A stretch of DNA of 64,000 bases, from assembly GCF_037042905.1 (NCBI RefSeq), contig NC_087252.1:14200001-14264000 (forward strand). Reading direction: 5' to 3'. The DNA comes from Lytechinus pictus (lineage: Eukaryota). Under the pieces are notes generated by a model. That model was not told the DNA's origin. It ran no database searches and worked only from the letters and a program-made list of their open reading frames with translations. This document shows positions 12,739-24,270 of the stretch, piece after piece. Within the stretch, counting starts at the first letter, position 1; the number at the start of each line of letters is the position of its first letter. The position numbers were made by a program, and so were the translations under genes.

Positions 12739-14232
12739 GTAAGTCACCATCCTTATCTTTGCAGTAGAGCATTTTGAATCCAGCGGCTTGTTGAGTAGAA
12801 CCTTATTTGTTTTATTTCTCCATGTTCAATGATATTCACATTGACAACAGGATAGTGCTATATATATGCAGATAAGAATACATACATGTACATGTAGTAT
12901 GAACTGTATGTAAGCATTAAAAAAAAAGATGTTCGAAGCACATAGTCCCTTATTAATGTAGTAAGATCAGGGCCCCGTCTAACAAAGAGTTACGATTGAT
13001 CCAATCAACCTCAATCAACTTTATGCAAATCCATCAATGTCATAATTTTTTTCTACAGGGACTTTGCACAATGTCCTTTGTAAACAAAGTGAAGCACACT
13101 AAATTTTCAAGAAAACAAAGAATGTAAGAATATTCAGCATATCTAGAAAATATTTTGAACAAAACGTGCAATGAAGGTGTTGACGTTGCTGGCTTTCTAT
13201 AGCTGCGGTTGATCCAACAAGTTGAAGTAAAACATGAATTGAAATTAATTGTGTGATTTGTTTTAAATTGGTCTCATATGGAAAGCTGTTGACACCCCAA
13301 CTTCTAGAAGGCTTCCACATAAGCTACTCTTGTTTAGATTCAGGGTCTTGTTTAATAGAAAATTGCTATAGATTTAAATTGGTCTCGGGTGTGGGAAGCC
13401 ATTGACACCCCAACATCTAGAAGGATTCCACATCAACTGCCCCCATTCAACCCATTGAATACAAAGTGATACATTTTGTGATTTGGCTTGTTTAGGGTTA
13501 TCTGTCATATGAAAATTTATAATGTAATAGCCTGAAAGACAAATGATGGTTTTGAAATGAGATACACAGATGTTAACTTCTAATTTCTGTTATTTCCGTA
13601 ATTTTTTTAAGTGATGACCCAGTTCCGGGAAGTAATGAGTCAATTAGGATATGACTTATGGTTTATTACAGCAAACACATTCTGTAGGCCTACCTTCATA
13701 AAAAAAAAAACTTTGAGCCATCTGAATTGCCAAACGAAAATCTGTAATATACAGGTAAATGCATTTTTAGTAATTAAACATACAAAATTCAAAGAGCACA
13801 AATGCGCATTGCCCCATGGTTCTTAAAAATGGTCCAATCCATGAAAAAGTATAAATGATAAAAGTATGAAACTGTGTGTGAGCTTAGCTTGAAATTGTTG
13901 AATGGCCATGTCAGCACAGCTTTTATGATGTCAGAGGCACCCTTCCTACGCTGTGGGTCATGTAAAGCTCAAATCAACCAAAATATTATGTTCTCTATTG
14001 ACTTGGCTCAGACGAAGCAGTGGCCTCACTGTGTAGTGTGCGAGATAAAAACATGATGAAAGCCTCTCCAAAACATGTTGATGTTTTGACTATAAAAGAT
14101 AATTTGTGAATGATGAACTCTTGAAAGAGTTAAATGACATGAAATGGTTTGTTGACAAGTTCCCTGCCCTACCCCTCCCTCCCCCACTCTATCTCACTCT
14201 CCACCTCTTTCCCCTTCTCTCCATTTCTTGTG

Positions 14233-14579
14233 GTAGAGCCGTGGTGTAGTGGTTCTGACTCTTGCCTTGTAAACAGAGGGTCGTGTGTTCGAATCCCACC
14301 GCGGTCTAGCGTCCTTTGGCAAGGCGTTAATCAACACTTTGCCACTCTCGACCCAGGTGCTAAATGGGTACCCGGTAGGATGCGAAAGATATTGTATCTT
14401 TGAATTTGCCAGCGCCATAATGAGGCTGCGATGAATGCTCCCCAGGGAGTGGAAATTATGCACTTTTTGTGCGGGATTGAAATGAATCCAATGACCGGGG
14501 TAATAATATGCTGTAACGTGCTTTGAGCCATTCTGGGAAAAGCACTATATAAAAATTGGCTATTATTATTATTATTATT
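14233..14579 (+). mobile_element. tRNA-derived SINE, full length
   Basis: A box (TGGTGTAGTGG), B box (GTTCGAATCC), central CCCAGGTGCTAAATGGGTACC core and (TAT)n tail. Confidence 0.88.
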
Positions 14580-14924
14580 TCTCTTCCCCTATTTGCCCCT
14601 CTCTCCCTCTAGCCCTCCTCCGTCATATACATAACATGTACACAACATCTTGTTCTAGTTCTCTTCATAATTTCTTACTTTCAATGTTCCTCTTTTCAAT
14701 AAAAATATTATAGCTTATACATTTTGTATTCATGTAGATGTTGATGTCATGGCACTGATGTGCCACATGTACATAGATGGGAGATAGGTCTATGTACATG
14801 ACCCATAATATATATGTATATGACTCATAATTGAAGATAACCATTCATTTTTATATCTAAAGGCTCTTTATACCCTGCATTATATTTCTCATGCTGTTTC
14901 CTCTTCTTGACTTAATGTTTACAG

Positions 14925-15009
14925 ATGCCATGATGGCTCTACGCTCTTTCCAAAACTCAATGACTGCGCACATTTCCACTACGATCATGTTGAGCTTGGA
15001 TCAATACAG
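14925..15009 (+). CDS. ARHGAP32: ARHGAP32/33-like exon, pre-PX conserved block (CHDGSTLFPKLNDCAHFHYDHVELGSIQ)
   Basis: tttacag| ... CAG|gtttgt. FPKLxxCAHFHY is typical of the ARHGAP32/33 N-terminus. Confidence 0.92.
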
Positions 15010-16526
15010 GTTTGTACATGTAGAGGTTACGTGTGAGGGAGGCACTCATGCATTTCATAGAGCTGCTGATTAGTAGGAAGTTATCCTATTTAGGATTTTC
15101 AAGGGGAAAGTGATACTATATAGGATTTTCTTTCTAGAAATAGGCATTTTGAAACTTGTAATGGTTATGATTTTTGGTACATTTTTTTTCTTCAAAATTT
15201 TAAAGAAAAAAAGGATTTTGGGCCTGAAAATAGGGTAAAAAGAAATAAAGAATAGGATTCTTTCACGATTTGGTTGGCAGCTCTGTTTACATGGTATGGC
15301 AATGCGCCGCTTGACAACTCCCTTCTTTAGACCTCAATTTCCATTCTTTAAATGCTCAATTTTGCCCAAAAGCAACTCAACTCCGCTCCAAAGACCCCCG
15401 TTACAAAAGATACCCATTCGCCACCAAGGAAATAGCAAGCCGTATCACGCAAAGTACGGGCATAAGACCTAATCACGTGACCACCTCCGTGTATTCATGG
15501 ACTGTAAATTTACCAGTTGCACAGCACAAAAGCGAGTAATCAACTTAGAGGGCTCACTTCAGATTTTATGCCTGCTCTTTGCCCAGTAGATCATAATTCC
15601 CAAGACCCTTTTTTTTTAACCGAGTAGCTTGTTCTTCAGACCACCAGCTTCATAAAGGCATTTCATCAGGTTTCATAAGGCATTCCGGGTCAAATTATTT
15701 GACAGTGTACTTGTATTATGTACATGCATAATGTAAATTTTGTCTACAAGTCTGCATGCATGCAATATGTTTAAAAATCATGTCTGTTAGTGTTATTCCA
15801 CTTCTTTGTAAACTGGGACAAGCCATAATCAAATATAGAGGCCACTCCTAATTATGATTAGTATTTGATAACCTTTTCTGTGCTTTGATGTTAATGATGA
15901 CCATCTGTTTTTCAGCGTAAGCTGTCAGTACAGTATTAAATTATGCCATTCCTGGATGGGAATTAACCTCGCAAGGAATTATGAGATTATCATTCATTGA
16001 AAGAATTAATGTTTATGCAAAAAAAAATCACTGTAGTAGATATCATCAGAAAAAAAAATGAGAGAGCACATCCGTCAAAATGAATTGTGTGAAACAGGAA
16101 TGTCCATTTTCATTTGTGGTTTAGTGCAATATACATGTTTGAGATTCTATTCATTAGAAAAGTAGTTGTGAATTCTTTATACCTTTTTTTATTGCCATGC
16201 AGTATCTTTCATTCGATGTAATTAATTTTTAAAGAATAGAAAAAAATCTTTAAATTGGTTTATATAGAAATGTCTTTTTCAATTTTGTTTTTCCTGCAGT
16301 ATTGAAAGGAAAATACTAATGTTGCCAATTTTGAAGTTATAAGTTGATTAAAATAAGACTTCAATTGGTTGTGTAGTGTCCTGAATTTTTTAGGCTCCAG
16401 CATTTTTTTTTTCAGGTCATGCAGATGACCTTCGTACACAAAATGATGTCAACAAATTACATGTTGCACCCCATATGATATAATGGAACATCTCTGCTTT
16501 TCCTTCCTCCATCTACATTACCATAG

Positions 16527-16763
16527 ATTTCAATGCATGAAGAGTCAGAGGACCGTGCCATCCTGGAACAGAACGGAGGTGCTGTGGACCTCCTGGATTG
16601 CCCCTTCACGGTCCGCATGCTGAGCCAGGGGAAGGTGTGGCTGCTCAAGAGGTGCTACGAAGACTTCAGGGTGCTCGACAAACAGCTCCATAAATGCATC
16701 TACGACAGGCGCTTCAGCCAGCTGGTGGAATTGCCCAAAGGAGAGACCCTCACAGGCAGAGAG
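16527..16763 (+). CDS. ARHGAP32: ARHGAP32/33-like exon, PX domain part 1
   Basis: ISMHEESED...QGKVWLLKRCYEDFRVLDKQLHKCIYDRRFSQLVELP, the family PX motif. Acceptor ccatag|, weak donor GAG|gtgcac. 237 nt, phase 0-0. Confidence 0.9.
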
Positions 16764-16924
16764 GTGCACACCCCTATGTTTTTAAATGGTTGCTTCCATA
16801 GTGGTTGATATATTTTATGGAGTTTGATTGATTGATTTGATTTGATTTCTATTTTCACATCAGAGATGACTCTACAACATAATAGAAGTTGATATACTTG
16901 TAGGGAGAGAGAAGGGGGGGGGGG

Positions 16925-17117
16925 GTTGATGATGATTATGCTGATGATGATAAGGATCATGACAATGATTATGATAATGAAAGTACTAATACTAACACTT
17001 TAATTATGAAGAAAAATTATGATAATAAGGAAATTTATAATAATGATAATGATATTGATAATAATGGTAATAATGGTTATGTTAATAATAATCATAGTAA
17101 TTTTACTACTACTACTT

Positions 17118-17177
<60 letters not shown>

Positions 17178-17265
17178 ATACTAATGATTACAATATTTAT
17201 AATGATAGTAATGATAATAGTACTACTAATGATAATAATAATAGAATGGTGGTAATAATAATGAA
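16925..17265. repeat. Compound trinucleotide microsatellite (GAT/AAT/ACT)n
   Basis: Directly visible. Explains the spurious poly-L/T/S/I ORFs. Confidence 0.95.
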
Positions 17266-17323
17266 ACATGTGTGGTTATAATGAATTGAGATCATTTTCT
17301 GATTTTGTTGTTGTATGTTCCAG

Positions 17324-17416
17324 GCGGTCAAAACGATGCTGACGCATTATGTGACACGGTTTTCACAGATTGCTGGAGATATGATCAACTGCGGTCCTGT
17401 ACTCAACTGGCTTGAG
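17324..17416 (+). CDS. ARHGAP32: ARHGAP32/33-like exon, PX domain part 2 (AVKTMLTHYVTRFSQIAGDMINCGPVLNWLE)
   Basis: ttccag| ... GAG|gtaaac. INCGPVLNWLE family motif. 93 nt, phase 0-0. Confidence 0.93.
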
Positions 17417-17757
17417 GTAAACAAATAAGTAAACAAACTAACAAATAAGTTAACAAAAATAAATAGTAAACAAACAATACAGTAAACCATGGTATCATAA
17501 CAGTTTAGTAACATTGCATGAATGAATATTTGCTTTGAATATTTGATTTGATACGACTATAAACTGCAATTCTGTTGTCATCTGTAAACAAATAACTAAA
17601 AAAAGAAACAAATAACTAAAGCAAACAAACAAATAAGTTAACAAACAAACAGAATGGTGAACCACCGTATCATAACAGTTTAGTAACATTGCATGCGTGA
17701 ATGTTTGCTTTGAATATTTGATTTGATACGACTAACTGAAGTTCTATTGTCATCTGT
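17417..17757. repeat. Two-copy ~170-bp tandem duplication beginning at a splice donor
   Basis: GTAAACAAATAA...GTATCATAACAGTTTAGTAACATTGCATG...GTCATCTGT at 17417 and 17584. Confidence 0.85.
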
Positions 17758-19369
17758 CTCTAGGCAACATAGAAAACTAATTCATTAAGAGAAAACCAGC
17801 AAAATTGCGGGGCGAACAATCCCACAATGGGGAAATTCTTTTTGTAACCAAAACCTTTCTACATTTAGCATGAATGAAAATTATCTTGTGGTTTTATACA
17901 AATACATTCTACATGGCATGTTTGGAAAATTAAAAATTTCTTTGAACATTTGATTTGAGTCAAGGAATACATGAATGAAAATGCATTTATTGAGCACTAG
18001 CAATAAGAAATATGATGATTTTTTTCAGCGCATGGGCAAGAGCCAATTGCATTAAGGTGTTTTGTTAAAACAGAATCTTAGAAATCACTCACAAGTTTCA
18101 AATGGGTGATTCTTTTTTTTATTAAATACTGAGTTGTGTTTAATGCGATGCTTGTGCAAACGAGCCTAGATGTAAATGAAGGCCTACATCTTGTTCATAC
18201 ATACATGTAGTGACCACAGCATTAAAGTTAACCACAATGACATGTAGTAGAAAGCTTTTTTTCTTTGTCCAATCAAATTCAGTCATATTTAGGCATAGTT
18301 TTTCTAGGATTATTCAGTTTTAGATTTGGTGCAATTTATGTAAATTCTGTAAATTTATAACAGCATAAGATATAAAACAAGACATATACTTCCTTTGTTT
18401 TTATCGATTTTGTTCTTTATGTGTAGTTGCTTGCTTACATAAACTGTGTTAAAGCTGTGGCATTTATTCCTTTTCTGGCTTAACAGTATGTCATCGCAAT
18501 TTCTAATGCAGTTTAATGACTGCTACACAAAACTGAATACAGGATAGTACAGAGCTTTGCTCTATTTCTTTCCTCAATTGCCCCCCCCCCCCAATATGAG
18601 AAATTAGATTATTGCATTATTGCATTTAATAGGTGTAATTACATCTACTGCACTTGCTTTTTATTTATTTTTTTGTCATTTATAAAAGAGCATACACAGG
18701 ATAATGTTTTAGCGAAAGCAATATTTTTACAAATTTTTCTTTATATCTTAAAAGGAAATGTCACATCTTTCCACAATTTATGTACATCATGATTGATAAT
18801 GGTCTTCATTAGGATAGTACATTGATGTTAGTTGTGCTTGTAGTTTAGTTTCATATCATTATCATTAGTCTGATATGAATAGGCCTATATGTAAATTATT
18901 TAGGTAATATTATTTGCATGTACAGAATGGAGAGATAACACTCGTCAGCTAAACTGATCATTTTATTTAAAACATTAAATTGAGGCTTATTTCGATGAAC
19001 GTAATTCTTATCACACTCAATTTTTATTTATTTCTTTTGATAGATAGCTGTATTTCAAATGGGCATGGTTCAGCATGATCTATTTTGCCTTTGAAGAGCA
19101 TAACACAACTTACTTGCCTTGAAGTTGGCTATCTCTACATACATATACATGTTATTACTATAAAGCTTTATTTTGTAACATACAGGTTTGTGATCGATTG
19201 CAAAAATAGCACTTACCACCTAGAATAAATGTTGTACCACTTTCCTTCACAATGAACTGTATCAGCCAATCAGAGCTGTTGACAGAAATTTGCAATCAGT
19301 CACAAACCATGTGTTACGGGGCCTAGAAGTAATGATGCTTTAACATTCATTCCAGTGTTCATGCTCCTG

Positions 19370-19498
19370 GAGCCCATAACACAAAACTTAGCAATGATCG
19401 TAGAACATTTTTCTACGATCAATTCCATTGACTACAATGTACAATCAATCGTGAAAATCAAGTGTACGATTAATTGTTAACCTTTGTGTTACGGGCCC
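19370..19498. mobile_element. Short MITE of the GGGCCCGTAACACAAA family (related copies at about 48490-48620 and 54753-54881)
   Basis: GCCCATAACACAAA ... TTTGTGTTACGGGCCC ends and shared internal CATTGACTACAATGTACAATC. Confidence 0.75.
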
Positions 19499-20273
19499 CA
19501 AGTTTAGATTTTACCACATGCAATTATGCAGTTGATTTGGGTTAAGGTACAGGTGCTCATAGTGCCAATAAAATGTAATTTTGCTGTAAGTGTTATGTAC
19601 ACATGAGTGGCTTGTGAAATTTGACTATGAAGAAATAATTTCTGGAGCAAGCCTTAGTGCCAATATGGAGTTGATAACAAATGATCATTTTAACTCTGCT
19701 TTTCTCTTTCCATTATTCCACATGCCTGACCTGTCATCAACTCTAACCGTGTCCATTACTTTGTGAAATCGCCCCTCCCCCCACTCTCTATTGTTCCCCC
19801 ATGCACCCCTGTGCTGCACCCTTTCACCCCCCCCCCATTCCATTTATGTAAACTTCCCCATCCCTTGTTGCACCCTTTTTGATTACACCTTGCCCATTTC
19901 CATGATGCACCTACTGTTTTTTTACCCCTGTTGTCACCCCTCTCCAAACCACTATGCCCCTCCATTACCCATAATGCAATTAATTTGTCCCACTATTTAT
20001 GGCTTTAACCCCATTATAACCAACTTCCAAATCCCCTTCATGACAATTCCATTTAAAACGCTAATGGTTATTACCCCTGTTTGCCAAACTCTCCCTATGT
20101 TTTGCCCCATCCTGTACCCCTTGTAATCCCTATTGCACAATACTCATGCGATGACCCCTACCCTGTCCCCCCTCCCCCGTTCTCACCCTATGTGTACCCC
20201 TAACCTGTACCCTTCTGCACCCCATTTGCCTGCCCTTGTGTCACTGTTTATCACTGTGTTTTGCCTGTTTCAG

Positions 20274-20300
20274 ATTGATAACATTGGTTGTCACATTGAG
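20274..20300 (+). CDS. Candidate 27-nt alternative microexon (IDNIGCHIE)
   Basis: tttgcctgtttcag|ATTGATAACATTGGTTGTCACATTGAG|gtaaag. Phase 0-0 inside a phase-0 intron. Confidence 0.5.
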
Positions 20301-23300
20301 GTAAAGAAACATTGCTTTCTTTTTTTTTGTCAAAGCATTCATCCGATACCTCCCCCTGCATACACTTATCATGCTAACTTCTGCACATGTTATACTCAAT
20401 AGACGTTCACATTTGAGTATGAATTCCATCATTCTATAGAATCTCTTCATGTACAGTTCATATCAAACCCACCAGGCATATGTAAACAGCTTCATTGATC
20501 ATAAGTCTGCTTCAGTGTATATTTGAATTTTAAATGTTTTTGAACACCACTTTTATTCACAGAAACATGTAGAGACCCTTACATTGGTCATATCATTCAT
20601 ATTCAAATCTGCACAAATATCAACATCATTGCTTCATGTTACCAAAATCAATAACTACATCAAATCAATAGTGTATAATCTTGGTCAACTTGCCATTTGG
20701 CGAGAATTTCATTAAACAAACGGCGACTCTCTCTGAGTATTGTTATAAGCTACTGAAATCCTTGCATCTGATTGGTTGAAAGCAAAGTAGTCGGCAAAAA
20801 ATCCCTGATTAAACTTTTCATGAAATGCTCCCCTGTTCTACATCTTTCACAAACATGGGCACAATATACTGACAAAAGCTACTCTAAAAATAGCCTGATA
20901 ATTTGAATACCTCAAAGATAAGATTTTATAGCTCCTTAAACTTGTTTCCTCATTACCTTTGCAAATTACATGTCAAGCAATGATAAGTCACTCGCTAGAT
21001 AATAGACTGACTTTCGAGATAGGTCACAGATTCCATTTGTAGGGGAAGGCCCTCTGCTGATCATCTCAATCATCTGTCTGCATTTAAAGCACCCACCTTG
21101 TGCAAGGCTTGCCCAAAATAAACAGAGCATCTTTTCCCCCAGGGCTTCCGGATGGTCAGTAAAGTCTGCCTAGAACTCTGTTCACATGAGGCGTATTTAG
21201 ACTGACTCGATCACCAGAGTAACTATTAAATTGTGAGAAATTGTTCAGGCCTTGAATTACCTGATAATTATTTGCAGCATTCTCAACTACCCGAAGCAGT
21301 CCCTTTCGAGCTAAGTTCTTAAAATTATGTGGTCTTCTGATTAGCAGGCTAAGCACGGTCCTTGCATCAAATGGCTAGCTGGATGAGAAAATTCCCATAA
21401 ATTGCTTTCACACTTCCAATTTTCCCATGACTCGCGAAAAATCCCTGTGAATGTTTTGATAGTTTTGGCAAGTACCTACTATTTAGTAGGTATTTTCTTT
21501 TGGGAATATTACAAGTATTTTTGCTTTCACATTCGGATTCGCTTAGAAACGATGTTCTACCCATTATGAACTCACTCCCAGACGTGAGTGTGAATACACC
21601 CCAGACCGAGTGTCCTAATTATTGCTCAAAATCTCTAGAGGTTTATTGTAAAGAGTGTCATATACAGTGGCTAATTGCCCACCCACAGGAACTTTAAATT
21701 TCCTGTCGACCCCTTGCAATCTGACCAAACAGCGCGCCCCGGTCCCTCTATAAACCCCCCTCACGTTTCTTAATCTGTAACATGAGATTTCAGCATGGAA
21801 GTAAGAACTTGGCAGCAAAATGATTTCCCTTCAGTCGCATGTCTGAAGTCACACTGGAAAGTCTTGGAATAAATTGGACTGATTTCACAAGAAAATTTTA
21901 GTATTTGAGGGGCAGTTTAGCCTGTGATAAAATGTGACCGTCATCAATGTTTATCCCCTATTTTGGACGTATGGAAAGAGAAAGTAAGACTAAATAAATC
22001 TTTTGACAGTGATGACACCCTCCTAAGCTTATGTACCCACCAAAAATATATTGTAGGTCCTTTGTGTTGAGACTGCCATTTTCCTCTGTGTTTCCTTTGA
22101 GAAAAATGAAATTTCTTTTATGACAATTTTACAATTTGATCTGATATCCAAATCTATATAAAAGAAATATACCAATAGAAAGATTGTCAAGTTTCCTATC
22201 TGAGCAGGTATGGACAATGTTTTGGCATTAAAACTGAAGTCGGAATAGTTCTCTGAAGCTCTCAATTTGGATTGGAGTGTGTCCCATACAAAGCCTGTGG
22301 CAGAAAATGCTTGAAAATGGTTTGATTTTAATCTGTTCGGTCTGCTGGCCCATATCTGTGAAATTAAATGATTTTTTTTGGCGAGAACATACTTTAGCAT
22401 ATTGAGAAAAAGTTGAGTCAAAAGCAAGCATGATGTAAAGGTCAGTTTCAGAATCTCCGTTTTGATAAGGAATATTGGTCAGAAAAATACATGTAAGGTT
22501 TCATGACACTTTGCTCCTGCAAGAAATGCTCCTGAATACGTGCACATTAATCTAAATACATAAACCTGCCTAAAAAAAAATATTTTTCTCACAATAACTC
22601 ACACTACACCTATCTGAGCATTCTAATATTATTTCTTCATAGCGCTTTGTGCAATCACCATTCTCAACAAAGTTTATACAATACATTTTCTGAGGTCATT
22701 CCATTTTACATGTAGCTCATTCCACATTAAAAGACGTGAAAAACAAATTTGATATACATCGTGCAGAAGTTAGCCAGGTTTGTTCCCTTACCCCAACGCA
22801 TCGTCATAGCATCATCTCATGTCTTTGTTTTATAAGTTGTTGTTTGTTATCACTTTTCCTGTTGCAATCCCTGTTTTCTATTCAAGTCTCTCTTTTTTCC
22901 CTCAACATTCTGGCATGCTAGTTTGCATGCCCTACCTATTGACGAGTGACTTTGATTTGAATTAAGAGTGATCAGCAACACACAGAAACTATAATGTGGG
23001 ACTGCATGAAATGAAGTTGTCATCAAATCCTCTGTGCCTTAGTTATATCAGTACTGACTTAAAATCCTCTTTCAAGTTTTGGTTAAGCCCCCCCCCCAGA
23101 GTGTTTGTCATTGTTTAATTTTGTTGCTTCATTTTATTAAGGCCCCCATTCCACGGAAAGGAGACCGTTGAATGACCATTGAAAGATGGATAATTAGCAA
23201 GGTCTTTCAGAGGTCTTGCTCTCTGTGGAATGGGGAAAGTATAGTAATAATATAGATGAAATTTAGCCAGCACACGACACTGGCACTGGTCCGACGGTGC

Positions 23301-23559
23301 CAGAGCAGTAAAAATTGCTGTCGGGCCAGTAACTTTCAGAAATAGCCAGATTTACTGGTCCAGTAAAAAATATATCAAACTGATACAAATGATATTTTCT
23401 CCTCTTTTGTAAATTAAAAAATGGCCCAGTTATCTTAAAGAACGGCTCTCCAAAATTGAGAAATTGAGAAATGGCACTTGTGAAATATATTGTGTGAGTG
23501 TACTATTTGTTGTATATAAAACTATAGATATCTGTGTAATACATGTAAGTATAAACGTG

Positions 23560-23845
23560 CTATTGGCGTTTTTGTCTCCTACGGATCATGGAGGTCTTAA
23601 CACCCTCTATCAGCTGTCAGTTGTCCATTCTCAGTTATATCCCTGTATATATTAGCATCCACGGGGGCTGGATCACGGGGACATTACTCTACACCCCTCT
23701 AATACCCTTTGGGATTAACGTGGCAATAGTCTACGCCCAACTTGATCTCGAACCCGCTCCCTGGGACTCCCTCCAGGAAGAGATCGGTTGGTGCGGCACA
23801 TCAGAAGGATTTCCCTGTAATTAATCACTGACTACCTGTGTGGCG
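23560..23845 (-). mobile_element. Probable SINE on the minus strand
   Basis: Minus-strand A-box-like GGTAGTCAGTGA (~23835) and B-box-like GGTTCGAGATC (~23755). Boundaries approximate. Confidence 0.45.
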
Positions 23846-23939
23846 TTGCGATTTATCGAAGAGCCATTATAGTGGATAGCGACGGTCCACTTTCAAAGGT
23901 TTGGAGGCTGACTTGCTGTGAGCTTGCTGGACTTCTTGG

Positions 23940-24270
23940 AAGAATTTCCTTGATTATGTACTGCCCAGGGAGTGGAGGATGTGCATACATTTCATTGATT
24001 AATTTTGATGAGTGGGATAATATCAAATTTTCAAGTTTCGGAGGCTGATTGGTACGTGTGGACTCACCTAGAGGTTGTGGGACTTCTCTGAAGGATTTCC
24101 TTGATTGAAATAGTCCAAAGCAAGCGGAAGATGTGCATACATTGCGTTTGGGCATGACTGGTTGCATCAGAAGATTGAGATAATAACCAATTTTCAAGTT
24201 TCGGAGGCTGGTTGGTAGGTGTGGACTCACCTTGAGCTTGTGCGACTTCTATGATAAGTCTCCTTGATTG
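23940..24270. repeat. ~165-bp tandem duplication with further decayed copies to about 24700
   Basis: AATTTTCAAGTTTCGGAGGCTG.TTGGTA.GTGTGGACTCACCT at about 24026 and 24190. Confidence 0.75.

Noticed and set aside
14233..14305. tRNA gene
   Set aside because: It is the head of a full SINE with core and (TAT)n tail.
17000..17281. Poly-Leu/Thr/Ser/Ile ORFs (membrane or mucin-like peptides)
   Set aside because: They are translations of a trinucleotide microsatellite.
19760..20240. Pro-rich ORFs
   Set aside because: C-rich low-complexity intron sequence.
22029..22431. 132-aa minus-strand ORF
   Set aside because: No motif, intron-like composition, probably within a decayed repeat.
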